From: Bigelowiella natans CCMP2755
Lineage: Eukaryota; Protista; Cercozoa
Assembly (NCBI GenBank): GCA_000320545.1
Contig: ADNK01000276.1
Span: forward strand, 1 to 47,873
Length of the DNA: 47,873 nucleotides
Reading direction: 5' to 3'
The notes below the pieces were generated by a model. It made no database searches, had not been told where the DNA came from, and saw only the letters and a list, made by a program, of their open reading frames with translations. Within the stretch, counting starts at the first letter, position 1; every line of letters starts with the position of its first letter. Below are positions 39,010-47,873 of this stretch, in pieces. The position numbers were made by a program, and so were the translations under genes.

Positions 39010-41200
39010 TTAACAAGTGAATGAATGTGCACCAATACGGTCGCAAATAAAGTCTCAGCGTCACAACACACAGCTGAGCCCAGCACATGCATGGAGCCTA
39101 AAGCCCCATCTAGCCATGCGTGTGTAATGTTTTTGCACATGCGTCTACATGTGATTATTGTGCAGCACATCAATTGTTTGGTGCATGTGTGGAAATGAAA
39201 AACCACATTGTGTGCACAGAAAATGATGGACATGCAACATGATGTGCATGTGATGCATCTCATAAGACACACATGAAGACGCATTGTGGTGAAAATGCAT
39301 CATTTGCACACACGCGCATAGAGCTTGTAATTCGCCAACAGACGCGCTGCTCGCCAATGCTTGTTGTTGCACGTTGATGTAATCAAAGCTTTTGAAAACA
39401 AAACACTAAAACCCTGATGATGAAAACACATTGTGAGCTTGAGCATGCATGCCAAATAATGTCAAGCTCCCAAGAGGACATTGCCGCTCGCACGCGGGTC
39501 TTTTGACTTTTGCGCGTGCGTTTCACTTTGCTTCAACTAGCTTAGTTGAACACATCACATCACGCTATCTTTGGATTGAAAAAACAACATTTTTTTCCAA
39601 ACATCATTTCGCTGACTTGTGCTGCAAAAGTTCCCTTTTGCAACCCAACTTTTTCCATGTCGCACTGGCCCAAGCGGGGCCAAAATTGCATGCCAAAACT
39701 TGCTAACTACTTTCGCACTGGCCCAAGCGGGGCCAAAATGCCAAACTTGCTAACTTGTTTTGTCCCCCCAGCATGCATCTGACACACTGCTGCTGAAACT
39801 GAACCACATCACAAATGCAAGCACACGCTTGGTGGTCATGACCGACCACAGAGCTAGAGAGCCCATCACAATCTAGCCATGTGTGCAAGACGATTGGAAT
39901 CAATTGAATTGCAATTTGTTCAATGGTCATCCTCATGTAGCTAGCTCCACAATGCATGCAGCGGTCACAGCGCCAATGTTGAATCTGTTGGTCTCCGTGT
40001 GATGTGTTTCGTGCAATCAAATGCACGTTGTTTCGATCTTGAATGTCACATTTCGCCTTGGCAGCAATGCGTGTTTCCTTCTCATCGCAAGTCGTCAATC
40101 TTTTCGTTTCGCATGAGTCGTCGCGCATCACCATGCCAATTGTCCATTGTGCCAACATGGCCTGTGCACCTAGTGCCAGAGTGGCAGAGCTGATTCCTCA
40201 AGCGGCGTTGATGTTTGGTGTGCAATGGGCAAGAAAGCCAGTGATCCACGTCTTGTCGATGACGCTGCACGCTGCGCAGCGTGGCTTCGTCTGCAGTGCA
40301 CAATCCATGTGAGTGTGCATGCGGTGGCACACATCACACTCAACACTGACTGCTGGACTGGCTTGCTAGCTTACGGCAGACGCAGACAAGCAGCAAACCT
40401 GGAAGTGCGCACACGCACGCGCATGCAAAAGTTTGGCAATGTGCGTGAGACAGTGCGCACAATTTGATCTTCACTCTGGCACTGCTGGACTGCATCATGG
40501 ACATGTGATGTCACATGCACACTGTGCATGCTGTTGCTGTGTCCATTACAAGTACATGCTGTTACTGTGTCCATCATCTGCTGGCTGGGCACAATCACCA
40601 GACGTGCACCATTCCAGCATTCCAGCATTGTCTGGTCCAGCGGTTTCCAGTTTCCAGGTGAAGGTGTCCAGACGCCATGGCACGCACGACGGAGTCCTGC
40701 CAGCCTGCAACGATCAGGGCACCAGTGGCACATCCGACCATGCACTTTGGAATGGGATGATGGACATGCAATGTGATGCTTGTTGGAATGCAAGCAGCTG
40801 CGGTCAATTGAACAATGAACAATGACAAAGAACTGCATTTCCAAAATGTAACAAGACATTTGCAGTGTACGAAACGCAGTGCCTTGAACTAACTTTAGTG
40901 AGGACCATCTAGTGAAACCAAAAGGAATCAAGAATGGCATTGTAGCCACTCCCCCGTTCCTAGTTTCATTGTTTTCAGTGCCTGACATTTGCCAACTTCA
41001 GGATCACGCATCCCTAAATCCTGTCGTGATGGTTTGCTCATGCTTGGAGATCACCAAGCAAGAACACCACACCTACGACCCCCAAGAGCACAATCCCATG
41101 GACCACACCTTCATGGTCTACTTCATACCTACCACAACATCCCCGGCTTTTGCGGAGACATTGCCAAAATTGAGCTTCATCGTTTCAGTTGAATTCAATT
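39010..41200. other. Large TpA-depleted domain; probable decayed repeat or pseudogene
   Basis: Hand count for 39781-40800 (1020 nt): 10 TpA (5 in CTAG) against about 45 CpG. Six-frame ORFs are dense, overlapping, C/H/M-rich and nearly Tyr-free, because TAA/TAG/TAY are missing on both strands. Confidence 0.9.
39660..39755. repeat. Tandem duplication of about 45-50 bp containing a GC-rich hairpin
   Basis: TCGCACTGGCCCAAGCGGGGCCAAAAT...TGCCAAA(A)CTTGCTAACT at 39660 and 39713; TGGCCC/GGGCCA stem. Confidence 0.85.
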
Positions 41201-41213
41201 GCATGTTCTGCAT

Positions 41214-41600
41214 TGCGACATGTAGCATTTTGGGGGTACGACAGACTCTGCCTTGTCGTAGGTGACTTTCGCCCGTGGCACATTACCACGATCGCACGCA
41301 CAACAGTGCTGCACGGAGTTTGGAGGACATGCGACAACAAATTACGGATGTCGCACGATAAGATCCACATGACATTTGTCGGAGACCCGAGGCCTTTTTG
41401 CCCAATGAATTGTGTCGCAATCCATTATTTCTGTCATCCGGATCGATTCATGCTCGTGCGACATTCTGGACACATCACAATTTTTTAAAATTTCAATTTG
41501 ATTTACCTTGGTATGTCGCAGATTTTGTCTCTTTTTTTTTGAAAGAATGCTGGGATATCTTCCTCTCATTTTTTGTGTCGCGTGTTGTTTTTGAATGTCA
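41214..41600. repeat. Cluster of TGTCGYA/TRCGACA heptamers in both orientations, resembling a transposon subterminal region
   Basis: TGCGACA at 41214, 41330 and 41457; TGTCGCA at 41349, 41413 and 41514; TACGACA at 41237; TGTCGTA at 41254; TGTCGCG at 41576. Confidence 0.6.
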
Positions 41601-42027
41601 TTTACTAACTTGTGTTTTTCCCGAAATAAAATGGACTAACCCTAAATAAAATACCGGTAATCTACAAACGAATTTTAATGAATGGTTGTAAATTCAAATA
41701 TACAAATAGGCAAATGTCCTTGGTTTTCATCTGGAGACATGGATCTTTGTCGGTTTGGTGGCTCGCAAAACGCATGGAGTCGTAGGGGGAATAAACATTA
41801 TTGTAGTGGGAAGCCAATTCAAAACAAGGGGAAAACCAGAAATGCGTATCAAATTCGCCGTTGGAACAATCGGAAAAACGAAAAATCCTGAAAATGCCCT
41901 GCATTTGGAGGGCGACATGGGTGGACGAAAAAAATAACTCCGCACCAAACTTGGCTACATGATGAGCGCAGTGTTGCTGAAGCCCCTTCTCCCCCGCCTT
42001 TCAATGATGAGCTAGAGTGTATTCAGA

Positions 42028-42582
42028 ATGCACTTCCGTTCTTTTCTTCCTCCTACAACCATCTTTGTCTGTTTGGCGTCGTTTGTCACAAGCACTGTTA
42101 TTACTTCCCAAGGTTGTATCACACCTTCATAGTCACGAATGATGCGACATAGTCCTCAGTCTCTCATCACGCTGCATAATTTCGCAGATATTCGTCTGGT
42201 AGGAGGCGACACCCCATACGAAGGCCGAGTTGAAATCCGATACAAAGGGCAATGGGGCACAGTGTGCGATGACTATTTTGATGATAGAGAGGCAAAAGTT
42301 GTATGCAAAATGATGGGCTTTGCTGAAGGAGTTAGCCGTGCCTGCGGCAGAGCCTGTTTCGGACAAGGTACTCATAATTTAGTTTTAGTGATAGAGAAGG
42401 TATCTACTCAACTATTACCCAATCACGTTTCCGCTCATACTCCGTATCTTTCAACAACAACAATTTTGAAAGGATCTGGCGCGATTCAAGTCGACGACTT
42501 GCAGTGCTCTGGGGACGAAAAGAGTTTATCGACCTGCAAGGGCCGGTAAGTAGAGACTAAAGACAGTGTGGATATATCATTT

Positions 42583-42669
<87 letters not shown>

Positions 42670-44451
42670 AACGCTCTCCTAATATGATACTGTATTCCAG
42701 GTTTGGAACCCATGATTGCAGGCACAGTGAAGATGCTGGTGTTTCCTGTTGTATCGGGGCCAAAAAGGCAAAATGTGGCTCCGTCCGGGATTCCAAGATG
42801 AAGACGACTCACATTCTTCAATACAAAACCCCTCTTCCTACTCGGTTCCCTACGAAATCTCCAACGAAATCTCCAACGAAATTTCCAACGAGAATTCCGA
42901 CAACCCAACCCACCCGTAAGTTGATGAAGAAAAGAAGTAAAACTGTACTGATTTATCGAAACAAAATATCTGTATTCTCACCACAAAATTTCATTTTAAA
43001 TCATTTTGTCCTTCATAGCCATGATGTATGAGTGGCCAATTTACAACTGACAAGATTTCGATACAGTAAGTTTTCCTCCTTAATTTTTTCCCTGTTATAT
43101 TTTAACGAATAAATATAGGATCGCCCACGGCGACAAGAAATCCCACACGCAACCCAACTACAAGACATCCTACGCTAAGCCCTACTTCACAGTCGCCAAT
43201 TACCGTCAACCCAACGCGTGTACCGACTATTACATGTAATCCAACGCAAACTCCAACTTCGCTGTCGCCTGTCACCAAGAGCCCATCGCATTCACCAACA
43301 TCGGCAAACCCTACCCAAACTCCGACTTCTCAATCACCAGCTACTGCAGGCCCAACGAATGCACCAACAACAAGCGCCCCGACTCAAACCCCAATTACAC
43401 AATCACCTGCTACCTCTACCCCATCCCGTGCGCCATCTTCAAAATGTCCTACACAGACCCCAACTTCAAAGTCGCCAGCCACGCAGGCCCCTTCGCAAAC
43501 ACCAACAACAGCAAATCCTACACAAACACCGACAACATTATCACCGGTGACACAGGCCCCCACGCAGACACCGACGACATGTAACCCCACGCAAACCCCA
43601 ACGACATTATCACCGGTCACACAGGCCCCCACACAGACACCGACGACATGTAACCCCACGCAAACCCCAACGACAGTAAATCCCACACAAACGCCGACGA
43701 CGTGCGGGCCAACAACCTGCGGGCCCACAACTTGTGGACCAACAACTTGCGGGCCAACGACCGGTGGGCCAACAACCTGCGGTCCAACAACCTGTGGGCC
43801 AACAACCGGTGGGCCAACAACCTGCGGGCCTACAACTTGCGGGCCCACAACCTGTGGGCCAACAACCTGCAGCCCCACAACCTGCAGCCCCACAACCTGC
43901 GGCCCCACAACTTGCGGGCCCACAACTTGTGGGCCAACAACCTGTGGTCCCACAACTTGCGGACCGACGACATGTGGGCCAACGACCGGTGGGCCAACAA
44001 CCTGTGGTCCCACAACTTGCGGACCGACGACATGTGGACCCACAACATGCGGACCTACGAGCTGCAGTCCGACCACCCTTGCTCCTACAATTTCTCCTCC
44101 TGAAATTGTTAGAACGACGTGAGTTGTTAGTCATGTAGTATTTTTACACATTTGTTGTGTAATTGCTGCATCTTTTAGATTGTAGCACGTATATTCTGCT
44201 TTCTTGTTCGTCATCACTACCACTACCCTATTCATCGGGATCTTGCCTTACTACTCAATCTTTGCTATCTAGAACCGCCAACGACATGACGCATATATGG
44301 CTCTTCTTCCAAAAAGACACGACTCGGCCTGATAAGTCATGCGAGGAGCTGCTTATTCCTGAAGCATTGGCCAAACTCGGAGAAGGTCCCTTGTGCATTT
44401 GGGAAACTCCACGGGCTTTGAAGGTCACATAATCAATGACAAACATCTTGG

Positions 44452-44495
<44 letters not shown>

Positions 44496-44535
44496 TAAAT
44501 CAAATATTTAACGAGCAATTTCTTCATATATACGC

Positions 44536-44577
<42 letters not shown>

Positions 44578-44788
44578 CTATGTGTGACTCTTCTCATATG
44601 GTTTATGATCAAAAGAGTTATTTATGCTATATTCGTTAGGTATTTTTTGGGACGAAAGCAACGTTGCTTCTTGGAGAAGAGTTGGGATTGAGAACTCACG
44701 TTTTGCTTGATTATACACGAAAAGGTAATAAATACAGCATTACAGCATTATCTAATACCATAGCGATGTCGGAAGGAATAATCATAGG

Positions 44789-44828
<40 letters not shown>

Positions 44829-44904
44829 CTCTACCTGGAACGATGTACCTTCGCAGCCGGAATTCAATGGATATAAACGTCGATCTTATTTACTCTCCCT
44901 CACA

Positions 44905-44939
<35 letters not shown>

Positions 44940-47873
44940 ATATGCATCATCACTATCGCTAGTAATTTATACGTTTTCTTTAGTGTGGAATGAACGGACA
45001 ACAAAGCGAGTTTTGCGTCCTGAGAAAATCAATCCACCTTTGGCCATTTTGAGTGCGCCAAGCTTCGTAGGATCATGCGGTCAGTTTTCACAGACTTAGA
45101 CTTAGAAGAATAACAATAATTCAACAGCTTTTACCACAAGCGAATAACCGTGTCGCCGTACAATCACACACTGTCTTCATGATCTCCCAAATTCCTTCAT
45201 TTTCAATTTTCCTCTTCGTTCATCTTCCACTTCACGGCAGGCTAGATTTTACCGTGTGATATGTATTTTTGAATGCCCGCAGGCGGACTCTCTATCGATG
45301 CCTCGTCATCGTCTGGTTCTTATGGCCGTGATTTGAAATTTACCTGGTTGTACTCTGGGCCTACGACGAAATTATCCACTTATGTTCCTTCACTATCTAT
45401 AAATCGTATTGAATTTGTGGCCTCCAATCTTACTGCAGGTCGTCGGCAAAGCAATAGAGGAGTATTAACAGCAGTAGTAGTAGGAGCAGCAGCTATTTAC
45501 CGCATGCATATATGATGAAAAAACTAATGAGGGTGTCGGATTGAAATATCATTCAAATTATTCAACATTTCCCCTTTTTCCAGGATTGCACAAATTTACG
45601 GTGCGCATTGAAAACTGGATCGGAGACGCTGCGAACTCCAGTGCCAGCCTCACCAAACTTCCTGCCGCCATTCCAAAAATTGTTCTTCCATGCCCGGGCC
45701 ACATTCATGTGTGTCAATCTAACCATTGCCGGCGCGCATATCACGCCCTCGTGCACTAAAATTCATATTTCTCCTTTCGGGCCTCTACCACATAAGTGAA
45801 GTATGAAGCAGCGCTGTCATTTCTAATGTATCTGTGCCTTTTTCCGCATTATTGTCATTGATATTATCGAGTCCCAACCCCCATCCCTTATTCTCCTTTC
45901 CCCCCTTCATCCTCATACGAAGGTCAAAGCATCTGAAGAACTTGTTATTCGAGCAAGAATCGCCGAGCCCTTCGCCGGTGAGAGCGGTAGCGGTGACGAC
46001 GAGGACGAAGGCGAGACGGTATTGCGCGTAAAATGGTCCCAGCTGCCTCCAAACACCGCCTACCTTCCAGAATCAAGTGAAGAATATCGAAGTCTTCTCT
46101 TTCCTTTCATCCCCCTTCACATTCCAGTTCGGGACTCTAGCTTTCTCACCCTGCCAAAGAACTCCTTGAGGATGGGGGCAAATTATGCACTGCAGCTGCG
46201 GGCCTCAATATTTGGAAAAGATGGATCTTTCCGTGCCGAGAACAACGAGACGATATTCATTCAGACCGTCTCCGAACCTGTAACGGCTTGGATTAAGGTT
46301 GCTTACTGTTGTGCAGTAATGAATAAATTATGACTAAGCTGATTATTTGATTATTATAATATTAATATCACCTGTAATTGGGTAACGTCAGGGCGGAGCA
46401 AGGCGAGATGTATATGCCTCTCCAGATGCTTATATCACATTTGATGGTTCTTCGTCTTTTGACCCCGTGGGAGAAGGTCTCACTTTCAAATGGGAGGTCC
46501 TCCTCTTGCCTCCTCGTATCAACTACGACTTCGGGCCGATGAGAATTCCAGAGGCTGCCTGGGTTAGCACGCAAAACTCAAGTGTGCTCAATGTTCCTAA
46601 GAGCATCCTGCTATCCTCCAAGTCATACTTGATACGCTTGAACGTAACAACTGTGCACACCTTTCGAATGGGTATCACCGAGCAGGTCGTCGATATGTCC
46701 AAAGATCCCATTCCTTTGGTCCAAATCTCTGCTACATCCTCTGCAGCCTCATCTACATCAGTGACTACAACGTTCGTGATCCTTCCTTCCGCTCGAAATT
46801 TTCCTTGAATTTACGATTTTTTAATGATTATCTCTGTAATTCTATCGAGTCGTGTCATATACATTACTAATCCCATATTTTGATTTCTGGGAGGGGGTGG
46901 GGGTAGGGTAGAGAGGGGGAGGCATGGTCAAGATGAATAGATAACTTTATACCAGCCCGTGTTGATAATAAGGGAGGGAGGAAGAACCCAAAAGGCAGCT
47001 GAGAGAACTAGTGAGACTTGAAAGCAATGATGGCGGAAGAAGGGTGGTGGGTAGTTGAAGATTGAAGAGGGAATATTCATCAGTATTGTATACCAAGATC
47101 TATCCTGTACAACTTTATCAGGTTTGGGTCGGCATCAAAGATCACTCTGTTTGCGAATGTTGACATGAGCCCACTTGCATTATCATCATCGTCATCATCA
47201 TCACCATTATCGTCATCATCGTCATCATCATCATCTGCAGAATCTCCTTCGGGAACAACGCCATTTTCGGTGAAATGGAGATGTTTAAGCTGCAAGGAGG
47301 GTTTTTTGTCTGATGGTTCATCATCACGTTCGATTTTGTTATCGTCCACTACGAGCCAAAGCCTGGTGTTCGCCCCGAGAGCACTTCAACCATCCGTTGT
47401 TTATGAATTTGAAGTGCATGTTAAAGTCAGTGGAGGGGGAGACGGTATTTGTGACTGCTGCTGCTGCTACTCGCCTCTCTCTGACTTCTCCCCCCCCTCC
47501 TCCCTTTCCTCCATCATCCCTTTGGTACCATCACCACATCTCTCTTCTTGTTGTCCTATTTCCTCTTCCTCTTCCTCTTCTTCTTCTTCTTCTTCTTCTT
47601 CTTCTTCTTCATATATCCTCCAATTTCCACTTGATTGAGCTCATTTGAAAGCTTAGAAGAAAGAACTCGGTATTGAGCCCTTGACTATACGTTCGCAGCA
47701 CGATCGCGTCTGAAGCTGGCGATGAATGCACAACCCCATCTCGGAACATGCTCAGTCTCTCCGCCCTCCGGGGAAAGTTTAAAGACGATATTCAAATTCG
47801 CGTGTTCCAATTGGGTGGACGACGATCTTCCTCTGATGTATAAGTTCCAAGATATCTCTGGCTGGGCTCCTTT
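42028..47873 (+). CDS. Secreted or cell-surface protein: signal peptide + SRCR domain + Pro/Thr/Cys stalk + REJ/PKD-like region (3' end beyond the right edge)
   Basis: Exon 1 MHFRSFLPPTTIFVCLASFVTS splices in frame to DIRLVGGDTPYEGRVEIRYKGQWGTVCDDYFD..VVCKMMG..IQVDDLQCSGDEKSLSTC..HDCRHSEDAGVSC (SRCR). PT repeats follow, then LSIDASSSSG..LKFTW, LTLPKNSLRMGANYALQL, DGSSSFDP..LTFKW and SLVFAPRALQPSVVYEFEV, typical of REJ modules. Confidence 0.85.
43694..44068 (+). repeat. Coding 15-bp minisatellite, about 25 x PTT(C/G)(G/S)
   Basis: Visible directly in ORF 43547-44122. Synonymous positions vary while the peptide is kept. Confidence 0.95.

Noticed and set aside
39010-41200. Explaining the TG/CA excess as ordinary 5mC CpG decay or fungal-type RIP
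   Set aside because: CpG is still plentiful and TpA is the missing dinucleotide even in A/T-run-rich stretches; RIP would increase TpA. A minor CpG-decay contribution is not excluded.
39003-41369. Many overlapping Cys/His-rich ORFs as zinc-finger or metallothionein genes
   Set aside because: They occur in all six frames and follow from loss of TAA/TAG/TAY; no consistent metal-binding spacing.
41636-41646. CTAACCCTAAA telomere-like motif
   Set aside because: Under two units and isolated; not enough to call a telomeric remnant.
43694-44068. The repeat as a CRISPR array, or its Cys codons as edited Tyr codons
   Set aside because: There are no unique spacers and the context is eukaryotic coding sequence. 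Cys alternates with Gly, never with His or Tyr, so there is no evidence of editing.
43384-44138. Alternative-frame and antisense repeat ORFs (VVGPQ, GQQPV, ANNLR)
   Set aside because: By-products of the 15-bp coding repeat; only the PTTCG frame joins the SRCR exons.
1-47873. Alternative genetic code, tRNA/rRNA genes, or an intact transposase or reverse transcriptase
   Set aside because: Conserved genes end at TAA and TAG, with TGA in a hypothetical gene, and the exons I translated have no in-frame stops. No RNA-gene or TE-protein motifs were recognised by eye.

Overview
Intron-rich, microsatellite-rich eukaryotic nuclear DNA using the standard genetic code. The gene style suggests a protist, possibly chlorarachniophyte-like; this is a low-confidence inference. 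I reconstructed ten spliced genes by hand: EMC1 (-, runs off the left edge), a small NUUM-like complex I accessory subunit (+), a short secreted two-kelch-repeat protein (-), a giant low-complexity/coiled-coil protein of about 3,000 aa (-), a single-pass membrane protein (-), a DSD1/D-threonine-aldolase-family PLP enzyme (+), an N-myristoylated AIFM2/FSP1-like oxidoreductase (-), an HDHD3-like HAD hydrolase (+), Swc5/CFDP1 (-) and fused HisHF (+). An eleventh gene, an SRCR + (PTTCG)n + REJ receptor-like protein (+), runs off the right edge. The most unusual signal is non-genic. Sharply bounded intergenic domains (about 7943-8710, 22610-22880 and 39010-41200; weaker at about 6200-6930 and 29640-30060) have almost no TpA dinucleotides, keep CpG, and are rich in TpG and CpA. 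About half of the surviving TpA in the core stretches sits in CTAG. This is the opposite of fungal RIP and differs from 5mC decay. It looks like targeted, double-stranded A:T-to-G:C hypermutation at TpA, a candidate adenine-directed genome-defence or mutator system acting on non-genic DNA.
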